Position numbers and translations under genes: made by a program. Below are positions 13,545 through 29,209 of a stretch of 64,000 bases of DNA, one piece after another (the first letter of the stretch is position 1; each line of letters begins with the position of its first letter). The notes under the pieces were generated by a model that was not told the DNA's origin, did no database searches, and saw only the letters and a list, made by a program, of their open reading frames with translations. Origin of the DNA: Octopus vulgaris (taxonomy: Eukaryota); assembly GCA_951406725.2 (NCBI GenBank), contig OX597829.1:26598001-26662000 (forward strand), given 5' to 3'.

Positions 13545-15030
13545 TCAGCGCCAAGCTCAACTGCTCTATCCTGACATGGAGGGTATCAGCAATGAAATCT
13601 ATAACAAAACACTCATTGATGTTGAAGACAGAATTGCTAAACTGGGTGGAAATGAATTGTCGACGTATGGCCTGCCACAAACATTCAGGTCAGGGTCAAA
13701 TAGCCTTCCCACTGCTGTCATTCGTGAAACGACCTACGACACTCAAGCGCTTTCAAAGTACATTGTTGAAAATGAGCCTAAATTACTTCCGGACCAGCTT
13801 CAGGCCTACAGAACTATTCTTAACAGTGTACGCCAACGCGAGGGACGAATCTTCTTCCTCGATGCTCCTGGAGGGACAGGAAAAACATTTATTACAAAGC
13901 TTCTCCTTGCAGAAGTTAGGTACCATCAGGACATTGCAGTAGCTTTAGCCTCCTCTGGCATTGCAGCTACTTTGTTACCCGGTGGCAGGACAGCACACTC
14001 AACTTTTAAACTCCCTCTCAATTTAGCAGCATCCGAAATGCCTTCATGCAACATCAAAAAAAAGCTCAGATCAGGGACAAGTACTTAAAATGTGTTATGT
14101 AATTGTCTGGGATGAGTGCACTATGGCTCACAAAGGAGCTTTGGAAGCATTAGATAGAGCCCTGAAAGACATCCGAGACTGTCAGGCTCCAATGGGAGGT
14201 GTAACGCTTCTGTTGTCAGGTGATTTCAGGCAAACTCTTCCTGTCATTCCGAAAGGCACTAGAGCTGATGAAGTTCAAGCATGCCTAAAGTCCTCTACCC
14301 TGTGGCATCATGTTACAATCTTTAGTCTCACCACTAACATGAGAGCTCAGCTACACGGCGACAAAATGTCCACAAAGTTTGCACAGGACATTTTGACACT
14401 TGGTGAAGGCAAGATGCTTCTCGATGCTGCAGGACAAATGGAAGTGTGGTCATTTTCCTCTGTTCTTAATTCTGTAGATGACCTCAAAAACAAAGTCTTT
14501 CCCAACTTCACACAAAACTACCAAAATCACAATTGGCTGTGTGAAAGAGCAACATTAGCTCCAAAAAGCGTCGCTATTAACAAAATTAATCAACAGCTAA
14601 TGCATTCTCTTCCCGGCACTATACACACTTACAAGTCTGTTGATACAACTCCAGATATAAATGAAGTTGTGAACTATCCTCCTGAATTTCTCAATTCACT
14701 GGAGCCTCCTCGACTACCTCAACACATATTACCACTTAAAGTTGGAACTCCTGTAATGCTACTTCGCAATCTGGAACCACCAAGACTTTGCAATGGAACA
14801 CGACTGGTGATAAGGAAAATTATATTACACGTTATCGAGGCGATCATTCTTTCTGGATGTGGAAAAGGTGATGACGTCTTTATTCCAAGATTTCCTTTTA
14901 CTCCATCAGGAGCAGAAATTCCATTTACATTCAGAAGACTGCAATCCCCCCTTCGTGTCAGCTTTGCCATGTCCATTAACAAATCTCAGGGTCAAACCCT
15001 CTCTGTAGCTGGTCTTCTCTTGGAAGAGCC
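13545..15030 (+). pseudogene. Helitron RepHel PIF1-family helicase fragment
   Basis: FFLDAPGGTGKT (Walker A), ASSGIAATLLPGGRTAHS, IVWDECTM, GDFRQTLPVI, MLLRNL..PRLCNGTRL and FAMSINKSQGQTL motifs. Intronless, with one frameshift in an A8 run at 14056-14063. Truncated before motif VI. Confidence 0.9.
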
Positions 15031-15555
15031 TGCTTGGAAGAATCACAAAGAAGATCGTGTCTTTGCAACAGCTCAACTATTGGGAAAGGTTGAAACAGCA
15101 TAGACTCTATTCCCTGGAGAGAAGACGGGAGAGGTATGCAGTAATATATATCTGGAAGATCCTGGAAGGAATTGTGCCAAATTTTGGCATTGTAAACTAC
15201 ACCAATGCTAGAACGGGACGACACTGCATAGTGCCAAAGATCCCAGCAATGCCATCACGCTTCAGGACCAGCTTCTGAAACAGCCTGGGTTTCAAGGGCC
15301 CACAGCTTCTTAATATTCTCCCAAAGAGTCTGAGGAACTTGCACAAAGTAGATGTAGCGGTTTTTAAATCAAAGCTGGACATCTTCCTGTCAAGAGTTCC
15401 AGATGAACCTACCTCACGGCAAGAGGTGCAAATGATGGTAGCTATATCAAACTCCATTCTTCACCAAGTGCCACATATTAGACGAGGTTCGTCGTAATAA
15501 CAGTGTAGCACAAAAAGGCGGTGCATCAGCATGGTTGCAGCTCTGAGCTGAAACT
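15031..15555 (+). mobile_element. LINE 3' end (CR1/L2-group ORF2 C-terminus)
   Basis: LNYWERLKQHRLYSLERRRERYAVIYIWKIL...GPQLLNILP..L...FKSKLDIFL is typical of the post-RT C-terminus of CR1/L2-group LINEs. An internal stop is present. Confidence 0.75.
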
Positions 15556-15557
15556 AG

Positions 15558-15629
<72 letters not shown>

Positions 15630-15635
15630 TATATT

Positions 15636-16050
15636 ATGGCTGCCCCCTCGTTATCGAGTATGGCCATTGCACGAAGCTTAACTGTTACTGGTGCTGTGAT
15701 CGAATGTGACTTTTTAGCCCAGCTAAAGATCTACAATGTCTTATACAGAATTGGCAACTAAAACCTCTACCGGTAATAGCCGGCTGTAGATGTAACTGGG
15801 CGTCATGTACCTTTGCATGTCGTTTAAGTCCTCCTGCCAAATTACACTCTCTTCCACATGCCCGACAGATATGATTAGTATGGTGTGTTACACCACCACC
15901 AGTGACCAGGTTGTCACTCATCTGTCTCGCTTTATGACTACGAAGATGACACTTGAGTCCAGCTTTACTGAGGCAGGGTCTTGCACAGACACTGCATGTC
16001 AGCATCATAGGAAGACCCTTCCCATCTGGAAGTGTAACAGCGATGCCCTG
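15636..16050 (-). mobile_element. RTE-like LINE 3' end encoding three C2H2-type zinc fingers
   Basis: [42 protein letters not shown] and [22 protein letters not shown] match the CxxCxRxCxSxxGLxSHxR pattern of RTE ORF C-termini. A short 3' tail is followed by a microsatellite. No TGEKP linkers. Confidence 0.65.
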
Positions 16051-16085
16051 TATGTATATATATATACATACATACATATATATAT

Positions 16086-16116
<31 letters not shown>

Positions 16117-16169
16117 CATATATATATACATACATACATATATATATACATATATATACATACATATAC

Positions 16170-16814
<645 letters not shown>

Positions 16815-16862
16815 ATAATTTCACTCGTTCGGTACCTTACAACTTCACTTTGTTACAACTTC

Positions 16863-16913
<51 letters not shown>

Positions 16914-17391
16914 CTTAGTCAGGTAGGTATCGGTCACTTTTAGCCCATGACTTGACAAACTTAATAAGCAGCACCTGAAGAAGACATTTAATCGTACATT
17001 TCAAGAAAAGTGTTCTTGTATACACAGCTATATATGGGGGCAAGTGGTTTATTTGGAATATGTTGGGGGTATTCATCCGGGAACCGTTTGAATGTTATAG
17101 TTTCTACACTTTCCATTGTGTGTCTTTCTATGACGTTAAAGGATGCAGGGCTATTTGACGCTAAATCAGTTCAAAGGTGTGACGTGAGACTTTTTTGTAC
17201 AAGACAGATGGCAGAAGAACCAAACTTTAGATGAATTTTAAAGTTAATGACTACACACACACACACACATAGATACACATGTTTATATATATATATTTAT
17301 ATATAGATATATATATATATATATATAGAATAATTATTCACATATTTATATATATTAGAATACTTATTCATATATATATTTGTCTGTTTTC

Positions 17392-17422
<31 letters not shown>

Positions 17423-17460
17423 TGTATAAGTAAACATATATAAGTATATATGTATATATG

Positions 17461-17523
<63 letters not shown>

Positions 17524-17815
17524 TATTTTATTCGTTTATTACTTTATTTGTCTCAATCATTTGTCTGTGACCATACTGGAGCACTGCCTTTAGTCGACCC
17601 CTCGACACTGGGACTTATTTTTCGTAAGCCTAGTACTTATTCTATCGATCTATATATATACACAACGGGCTTCTTACAGTTTCCGTCTACCAAATCCACA
17701 CACAATGCTTTGGTCAGGCTATAGTAGAATACACTGGCCCTAAGTGCTACGCTATGGGACTGGAACCGGAACCATGTTTGTGAAGCAAGCTTCTTACCAC
17801 ACAGCCACGCCTGCA

Positions 17816-17874
<59 letters not shown>

Positions 17875-17916
17875 TATGTATATTATTTATATATATGTAT
17901 AAATATATATATGTAT

Positions 17917-17983
<67 letters not shown>

Positions 17984-18269
17984 TATATATATAGATGGAT
18001 GTATATATATAGGTATATATATGTATATGTATGTAAATATATATGTATATATATATGTGTGTGTGTGCATGTATCTATGTCTTAAGATGCACTAGGCACA
18101 ACAGGAATAGGGAGAAAACAAATAGTCATTGAAGACATACAAACTATTAATAATAATAATAATAAACCTTAAGTGAAGATCAAAGCGTGCGATTATTGGC
18201 AAAATGACAAATATAACAATATATATATATACATATATCTACCTATCTATAAATATATATATACATATG

Positions 18270-18383
<114 letters not shown>

Positions 18384-18393
18384 TGTGTGTGTA

Positions 18394-18437
<44 letters not shown>

Positions 18438-18512
18438 TGGGGAGTATATGTACATGTATGTGTATGAATGTATGTGTGTGTGTTTTTTTATGAATACGTA
18501 TGTATATGTATG

Positions 18513-18800
18513 TGGAGGCACATGGCCTAGTGGTTAGAGCAGCAGGGATCGCGGGTTCGAATCTCAAACCGGGCGATGTGTGTGTTTATGAGTGAAACAC
18601 CTAAGCTCCACGTAGCTCCGGCAGAAGGTAATAGCGAACTTTTGCTGACTCTTTCGCCACAACTTTCTCTCACTCTTTCCTCCTGCATCTTGCAGCTCAT
18701 CTGCGACCGAATGGCGTCCCGTCTAGGTGGAGAACCTATAAGCCAAGGAAACCGGGAAACCGGCCCTTATGAGCCAGGCATGCCTCAAGAAGGAACAAAC
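18513..18800 (+). mobile_element. SINE related to family C (diverged 3' half)
   Basis: GGAGGCACATGGCCTAGTGGTTAGAGCAGC head and CACCTAAGCTCCACG..ACTCTTTCGCCACAACTTTCTCTCACTC body. Confidence 0.7.
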
Positions 18801-19193
18801 ATGTATATGTATACAGTTTATCGTTCAGCCATTAGACTGCAGCGACTGTAGTCCAATGAAACGATCCCAATATTTATTTTAAGCCTGTTATGTATTCCAT
18901 TGGCCCCTTTGTGAAACCACTAAGTTGCATTCCCGTAAACATACCAACACCACCTGTCGACCGGTGATAGGTAACAAATACAAAGACACACACATACATA
19001 CGCACGAACACACAGACACACACACACATACACACACACACACACATAATATTTGTAAACAAACCAGAAAGGTTTGTATTTAAAAATTATCGCTTCAAAT
19101 CAGAGAATATTATGAGAACATATATTACTGTGCTGTTATTTACATATATGTATATGTATATGTATATATATACATACATACATATATATATAT

Positions 19194-19374
<181 letters not shown>

Positions 19375-19590
19375 CATATATGTGTATATATGTGTATGTA
19401 TAATCTTTGGAAAGGTAATCGAAAGCGTTCACATTCATTAAAAAGGAACTGCATCAAAAAAGGTTAGTGATGTTCTGTTGAAGAATTTACAAATTTTTCT
19501 TCAAATTATTTTTTTAAAGAAATTTTTATTATACTTTGTAAAATTGTATTAAGTAATTTTCACAAAGACTTTACAATATATATATGTATA

Positions 19591-19728
19591 TAGGCGTAGG
19601 AGTGGCTGTGTGGTAAGTAGCTTGTTTACCGACCACATGGGCAAGTGTCTTCTACTATAGCCTCGGGCTGACCAAAGTCTTGTGAGTGGATTTGGTAGAT
19701 GGAAACTGAAAGAAGCCCGTCGTATATA

Positions 19729-19827
<99 letters not shown>

Positions 19828-19986
19828 TTGTGTGTCTGTGTTTGTCCTCCCAACATCGCTTGACAACCGATAGAATAAGTACTAGGCTTACAAATAATAT
19901 GTTCTAGGGTCGATTTGCTCGACTAAAGGTGGTGCTCCAGCATGGCCACAGTCAAATGACTGAAACAACTAAAAGAGTAAAAGAGT
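19591..19986 (+). mobile_element. tRNA-derived SINE, family B (most abundant; internal TA/TG microsatellite)
   Basis: GGAGTGGCTGTGTGGTAAG..GGGCAAGTGTCTTCTACTATAGCC..CAGCATGGCC.CAGTCAAATGACTGAAACAA. More than 15 complete or partial copies, e.g. 13270, 17530-17815, 22410-22803, 26200-26670, 55563-55950, 62095-62550, 63070-63465. Confidence 0.9.
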
Positions 19987-20171
19987 ATATATATGTATAT
20001 ATACATACATATATATATATATATGCTCGAAAGGAGAAGATAGACAGCCAACAACTGATGAGCGCTCGTTTTTTATGTTTTATGTTACTTGTCCTGTTTT
20101 CCATTTGTTTCTCTCGTTGTTTGCGTATTTCATGTTGTTTACTATTCGTGACGTCCTGTACCCATATATGC

Positions 20172-20252
<81 letters not shown>

Positions 20253-20385
20253 TATTATATATATATATATATGTGTATGTATATATATATGTATATATAT
20301 ATATATCGCTATAATAATAAATCTCTGTACATATCGCTATGTATGTCATATAAATATATATATATATATGTGCTATACATTATAC

Positions 20386-20416
<31 letters not shown>

Positions 20417-20418
20417 CT

Positions 20419-20458
<40 letters not shown>

Positions 20459-20482
20459 TGCATATATACCGATTTATTGCTA

Positions 20483-20531
<49 letters not shown>

Positions 20532-20857
20532 TTCGGACTTCTTCAGTTACCGTCTACCAAATCCATTTACTAGGCTTTGGTCCACTCTATCCTGACTATA
20601 GTTGAAGAAACTTATCCCAGGTTTCACGCATTGGACCTCGACGGATAACCATGTGATTACAAAGCAAATGTCTTTCCAGACAGTCACATATAGTAATATA
20701 AGTGCCTATACAAACACATATATATGCATAAATTACATATATACGCGCACACACACAGATACACATGAACATAGAGATATATACACAGACACATACACAC
20801 GCACACATCTATGTGTATACACACACACACACACACACATCTATGTGTATACACACA

Positions 20858-20922
<65 letters not shown>

Positions 20923-21262
20923 CTTTTACTTTATTCCGTCACTAGAATTCGGTCATGCTGGGGCACCACCCTGAATAATATCTTCTAGACGAATAAATCG
21001 ACTCCAGAACATATTCTTCTTTTAAGCCTGGTACTTAATCTATCTTTTGCCGAACCGTTAAGTTGGGAATCTAAACACACCAACATGTGTGTGTGTGTGT
21101 ACTGAAAGAAAGCAAATGAAAGAAAATGGATATATGAATAATTCATTTGTATGATTAAAAACATGACAATACAAAATAAGCTGTAAAGCTCAAATATATC
21201 TATATCTATCTATCTATATATATATATATATGCATATTATATATACACACACATATAGACAT

Positions 21263-21337
<75 letters not shown>

Positions 21338-21391
21338 ACGGGTTTCTTTCTTATTGTTATAATTATATATATTATAATAATAATAATAATG

Positions 21392-21544
<153 letters not shown>

Positions 21545-21627
21545 TGAGGGAATATTATTCCAAACTTACAGGAAAAAACTCAATTTAGAAATACTAAATC
21601 AAATTTCACAAAATATATATAAATCAG

Positions 21628-21998
21628 AAAAAATACCACCTTTTATCAATTCAAGAATTTAAAAATTAAATTATGGCATTTAGAAAAAATTACATTCTAT
21701 AGAAAATTTAAATATAAGATAAAACATATACCAATGATTAAGTAATCTGCAAAATAATGAATAAAACGTATATATTTGGTAGAATAACTACACGTGTTTC
21801 GTGGCTATATTTAAGAAATGATAAGAGTAAAATCAATAGTTATTCTACCAAATATATACTTTTTTATTCATTATTTTGCACACAACTTAATCATTGGTAT
21901 ATGTTTCATATTATATTTAAATTTTCTATACGATGTAATTTTTTCTAAATGATATAATATATTTTTTTCATTGTTGAATTGATAAAAGTGGGGTTTTT
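21628..21998. repeat. Foldback element (~160-bp arms, ~46-bp spacer)
   Basis: CTTTTATCAATTCAA..TTTGGTAGAATAACTA is mirrored by TAGTTATTCTACCAAA..TTGAATTGATAAAAG. It lies between (TAA)n and (TA)n arrays. Confidence 0.9.
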
Positions 21999-22053
21999 CA
22001 ATTCATATATATATATATATATACACACACACGACGGGTTTCTTTCAGTAAAG

Positions 22054-22121
<68 letters not shown>

Positions 22122-22288
22122 TCCCCCTAGCATTGCTTGACAACCGATGCTGGTGTGTTTACGTCCCCGTCACTTAGCGGTTCGGCAAAAGACACCGATA
22201 GAATAAGTACTGGGCTTACAAAGAATAAGTCCCGGGGTCCAGCATGGCCGCAGTCAAATGACTGAAACAAGTAAAAGAGTAAAGAGTA

Positions 22289-22405
<117 letters not shown>

Positions 22406-22801
22406 ATATAGGCACAGGTGTGGCTCCATGGTAAGAAGATTGCTTCCCAACCACATGGTTCCGGGCTCAGTCCAACTGCATGGCATCTTAAGCAAGTGTC
22501 TTCTACTGTAACCTCGGACCGTCCAAAGCCTTGTGAGTGGATTTGGTAGACGGTAATCTAAAGACCGTCGTATGTGTGTGTATATATATATATATACCTG
22601 TGTTTGTTCCTCTACCCCAACATCACTTGAAAACGGATACTGGTGTGTTTACATCCCGTAGTCTAGCGGTTCGGCAAAAGAGGCCGATAGAATAAGTAGC
22701 AGGCTTACAAAGATTAATTCCTGGTGTCGATCTGTTCGACTGAAGGCGGTTTTCCAGCATGGCCGCAGTCAAATGACTGAAACATGTAAAAGAGTAAAAG
22801 A

Positions 22802-22855
<54 letters not shown>

Positions 22856-22987
22856 GGTTAGGAAATATATATTTCTCTTAGGCATTGGAATGTAAATAGC
22901 TTGGCGTTAGAACTCATGACGTACGATTTCTCACACATATATATATATCTATATATACATAAATATATACATACATACATACATATA

Positions 22988-23061
<74 letters not shown>

Positions 23062-23149
23062 ATATATTCATTCAAAATGTGACCTCGTGTGTATCGTTAG
23101 CGATTTTTTTTCCTCCGTCTTCCCTTCTCAGGATCTTTCCTTTTCCTAT

Positions 23150-23184
23150 GTTTCTGACGAAGAGCTGCGCTCGAAACGTTAAAC
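23150..23184 (+). ncRNA. Minimal type-I hammerhead ribozyme motif in a Penelope pLTR-like element (23070-23275)
   Basis: GTTT-CTGACGA-A-GAGC(TGC)GCTC-GAAA-CG-TT-AAAC: stem I GUUU/AAAC, core CUGAnGA and GAAA, loopless palindromic stem III ACGU, GUU cleavage triplet. Confidence 0.8.
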
Positions 23185-23272
23185 CCTCCTTCTTTCCTTC
23201 TTTCCTGAGCGTCCAATAATACTTGTTCCACAACCTCGCGTTGTTGTCTTTTCTCTTTGTGTTTTCATGCTT

Positions 23273-23336
<64 letters not shown>

Positions 23337-23372
23337 CTCTCCCTGGTTCTGCTGGGGCCAATTTTTTGTCAC

Positions 23373-23405
<33 letters not shown>

Positions 23406-23585
23406 TCCTCTCCCTGGTTCTGCTGGGGCCAATTTTTTGTCACTGAAAATTTTTAACGTACCAAATCCGTTGGAGATGTAATCTCAGGATAGTTGATAGT
23501 AACCGGCCTATCAACTGTGTGTATACATTAAGTATGATACATAGATGACTATTTTAATTAAATACTGCCTCCACTGCTTATACCG

Positions 23586-23651
<66 letters not shown>

Positions 23652-23713
23652 CATACATGCACACACACACACATACATACATACATACATACATACATAC
23701 ATACATACATACA

Positions 23714-23746
<33 letters not shown>

Positions 23747-23951
23747 TTGTGTGTATATACTGTCAGAGTTAATTGAAAGTCGCGCTATTCGGTACAGTTC
23801 GGTCCATCTCGGTACATTTCGGTACAAATGGATTCGCTTCGCTTCCTTCCGGTACCTTTCGCTTCGCTTCGGTACGCTTCGCTGCGTTCGGTTACGGTCG
23901 GCTTCAAATAGCAGCTGAGAAACAAAATTATATGTATGTGTATATATATAC

Positions 23952-23982
<31 letters not shown>

Positions 23983-23992
23983 CATATGTGTA

Positions 23993-24023
<31 letters not shown>

Positions 24024-24105
24024 ACATGTGAATACACATGTATGTATGTTTACTATAGGTACATGCATGTGTATAATATATGTGGTAATGCGCGCGCTAA
24101 AACGA

Positions 24106-24166
<61 letters not shown>

Positions 24167-24210
24167 CCATTACGTGTATATACTTGGATCTTGGCGTATA
24201 TGTTGTGCAC

Positions 24211-24243
<33 letters not shown>

Positions 24244-24340
24244 TATATAAAATTATATATCTACACAATTATATCCATTTATGTTTGTAAGTATATATGC
24301 GTGTGTTCCTACATATATATATATATAAAATAAGAAAATG

Positions 24341-24381
<41 letters not shown>

Positions 24382-24782
24382 ATATATATATATACACACA
24401 CACACACATATATATACATATATATACATACATATATATATATATACATATATGATATATATACTCACACACATCCATACATAAACAGACAAGACACATG
24501 GCGCCTCCTGTCTGCGTGTGGTGACGAAATGTAGAGGGAGCCGTGATACTAATATATAAAACATATCTTGTATTAGTCTTTTGCCTGTTCATGTCTGTTC
24601 CTCTATTTACCAGTATATCTCTCTTTCTGTTTCTATATCTGTCCGTCTGTCAGTCTATCTGTTTGTCTGTTTTCTTTGCTATCTATCTGTCAATATATAT
24701 ATACGTGTCTCTCTACGTGTTTGTCTTTCTATCTTTCAATTTATCTGCCTCTTTTACTATCTATATCGGTTTCTCTCCCTCT

Positions 24783-24828
<46 letters not shown>

Positions 24829-24838
24829 TCTGTTTCTC

Positions 24839-24869
<31 letters not shown>

Positions 24870-25453
24870 ATCTCTATCTCTCTCTCTCTCTATCTCTATC
24901 TCTCTATCTCTATCTCTCTATCTCTCTCTCTGTCTCTCTCTGTCTCTCATATAAATATATATACAAACATATATATTATATATGTATATATACATGTATA
25001 CATGTGTATATACACTTGTGTGTGTGTGTGAATCAGTATGTGTGTGTGTGTGTGTGTGTGTGTGAATCAGTATGTGTGTGTGTGTGTGAGTGAATGCATT
25101 AATATATCAAAACAGTAAAGAAAATGAACGATTCGAAGGTGCTTCCCCAGTTGCTTGCATATATAAATGTATATATATACAGACGTGTATGCAAGCGTAT
25201 GTATCTAAATGGATATCCGAATGTCTGTCTATATATCGATCTATCTCCCTACCTATCTATAAATCTATTTATTGTCCGTGTGTTGTCACTATCTGGAAAC
25301 GAATGTATGTGTTCGTGCGCGTGGTCTATAACATACATATAAATATCCGAAAAACTATAATAATAAACACCACTAAATAAACTCTTCTAAAAGTATTGAG
25401 TAATACTTTAGTTAACCATTGAAACATTTAAATATATTGCACGAAATAATATC

Positions 25454-25511
<58 letters not shown>

Positions 25512-25521
25512 ATTTGTATGC

Positions 25522-25596
<75 letters not shown>

Positions 25597-25817
25597 TATA
25601 TATACATAGATACATACATATATACATACATATATATATAAATATACGTATATAACATATATATATACGTATATCATTTTGCCATTTTATATCTGATAGA
25701 TGGCCGAATAGACGCATAGGTATGCTCGTATATGTGTATATGCTTATATACATATACTTATATTCAAATACACATTCACACACTTCGAAACACTATGTAC
25801 CTACATGCATATTAAAG

Positions 25818-25872
<55 letters not shown>

Positions 25873-25885
25873 GTATGTATATAAA

Positions 25886-25928
<43 letters not shown>

Positions 25929-25937
25929 ATAAATATT

Positions 25938-25968
<31 letters not shown>

Positions 25969-26107
25969 ATATATATATATATATATATTTATACTTATAT
26001 ATATAGATACTTATATATATATAGATACTTCTATATATATATATTACATGTCTCTACGAGAGATTTAGAAATTCAATATTTCTTACATATATACATATTT
26101 ATATATA

Positions 26108-26143
<36 letters not shown>

Positions 26144-26349
26144 TGTATGTATGTATGTATGTATGTATGTATGTATGTATGTATAAATATATATATACAC
26201 GATGGGGTCTCTCAGTTTCCGTCTACCAAATCCACTCATAAGGCTATAGTAGAAGACACGTAAGTTGCCACGAAGTGAGTCTGAGCCCAGAACCATGTGG
26301 TTGAGAAGCAAGCTTTTTACCACCCACCTGCGCGTATGTATATTTATAC

Positions 26350-26400
<51 letters not shown>

Positions 26401-26430
26401 TGTGTGTGTGTGTTTGTATGTATGCATGCT

Positions 26431-26477
<47 letters not shown>

Positions 26478-27422
26478 TTTTATGTCTGTGTTCTTCCTCC
26501 ACCATCGCTTGACAACCGATGCTGGTGTGCTTACGTCCCCGTAACTTAGCGGGTCGACAACCGAAATTAGATAGAATACATACTAGGCCTACAAAGAATA
26601 AGTTCTGGGGTCCATTTCTCCGAATAAAGGCGGTGCTCCAGCATGTCTGAAATGAGTAAAAGAATAAAAGCAGAAGCTATATATATGCATGTATGGATGC
26701 GTACATACATGGTTGTGTGTATGTATTTGTATATACAGATAAATTCAAGAACAAAAATTAAAGCGAGAAATAGAACGGGATAACTACAAATCCCAGTTGG
26801 ACGTACACGGTAAACATATTATATTGACGAAGGGTGAGAACTTTTGATAGAAAAATAAGAGCAAAAATTTGACGCTTCGAAAATGACACTTCATCAGATA
26901 GAGGTAAAAGTGTACAAAGAGGAAAAAGATTCAGGGAAAGTGGTGTATCGTTGCATGTCTAAAGATATATGTGTACATACTCTATACATACATAATTGCA
27001 CACATACATACATGCATACACATATACATATATACATGTGTGTGTGTGTGTATGTACGTATAAATATATGTATATATACATATGTACGTATATTCATATG
27101 TTACATATATATATATATATATATATATATTCACGCATATATTTACAGTCGCACAGCATACAGAGATATACAAATACGCACATCCATACATATATATGTA
27201 TAAATTGTTATATATATATAAAGTAATATATATATATATAAATTATTATATATACATATGTGTGTTTACACATTTGCACATACGCATGTCTACATGTATG
27301 CATATTGTGTATGTGTTGGTGTGTTTGTCTATGTGTGTATATATATATTCGTGTATATATACATATGTAAATAATACATACATATATATATATATACATA
27401 TATATATATTTATATATATATA

Positions 27423-27469
<47 letters not shown>

Positions 27470-27474
27470 TTATT

Positions 27475-27544
<70 letters not shown>

Positions 27545-27678
27545 CATGCACTCACATGTCACACTCGTTCCGTTTGACACATCAAAAAGATTATTACAAG
27601 ATATTTCAGTAAAGTTATTACTAGTTCTCACAATGACAAAAATGCTTTGCTGTTCGCTGGTTGAAACAGTGTTTGTGT

Positions 27679-27777
<99 letters not shown>

Positions 27778-27895
27778 TGTGTGTGTCTGTGTGTGTACAC
27801 CTATGTGTATATATAAAACTACGGATGTGTACGTATATACATATATATGTGTGTGTTATATAAATATATGTTCGTTTGTATGTGTGTGTGTGCAA

Positions 27896-27928
<33 letters not shown>

Positions 27929-28160
27929 AAGAAAGAAAGAAAGAAAGAGAGGGGTGGAGAGAGGACATTGAGACAGTGTGATGCGGAGAGACAGAGAGCG
28001 ACAAAAAAGAGCGAGCAAAAGCGAGAAGACGAAAAGGCTTCCAGACAATTTCTGTTTACCAACTTTTCTCAGCAAAAATTGGTTGACGGATGCCGGCATA
28101 CAATGAATGTATATGTGTATGTATACACACGTGTTAAAGCATACTTAGATAGATAGATAA

Positions 28161-28203
<43 letters not shown>

Positions 28204-28261
28204 CATACATACATACATACATACATACATACATACATACATACATACATACATACATACA

Positions 28262-28293
<32 letters not shown>

Positions 28294-28316
28294 CATTCAT
28301 ATATACTCATATATTC

Positions 28317-28369
<53 letters not shown>

Positions 28370-28519
28370 TGTGTGTGTGTGTGTGTGTGTATGCACATAT
28401 GTACTTATACGTACACAAACACACATACTGGAACATGCACTCAGCGATTGTTCTGGTATGTAGCATTCATTTGTCTGGAAGACAAATGCCATAAATCATT
28501 TTTATGTGTGTGTGTGTTT

Positions 28520-28606
<87 letters not shown>

Positions 28607-28637
28607 TATATATAGATATATAGATAGATAGATATAT

Positions 28638-28721
<84 letters not shown>

Positions 28722-28778
28722 CTGGATAGATAGATGGATAGATAGATATAGATATATATGCATACCCATATATACATG

Positions 28779-28830
<52 letters not shown>

Positions 28831-28839
28831 TATATACAT

Positions 28840-28904
<65 letters not shown>

Positions 28905-29032
28905 GTACATAAAGTTATGCACTCACATGTCACACTCGTTCCGTTAAACACACATATATATACACATACATACATATATAATACATATATATCTTACGTA
29001 TTCAGACATATATATACATATATATATATATG

Positions 29033-29097
<65 letters not shown>

Positions 29098-29157
29098 CGT
29101 TATATAATCATGTACAAATACATGTGTAAAAATATATATATATATATGTGTATATAT

Positions 29158-29209
<52 letters not shown>

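Noticed and set aside
13576-15103. Host PIF1 DNA helicase gene
   Set aside because: It is intronless, has Helitron-type motifs, is frameshifted and truncated, and is fused to a LINE fragment.
26865-26905. Hammerhead CTGATGA..CGAAGCGTC on the minus strand
   Set aside because: It has a GAAG core, weak stem II and no stem I; too decayed to call. The same applies to motifs near 9048, 12757 and 16975.
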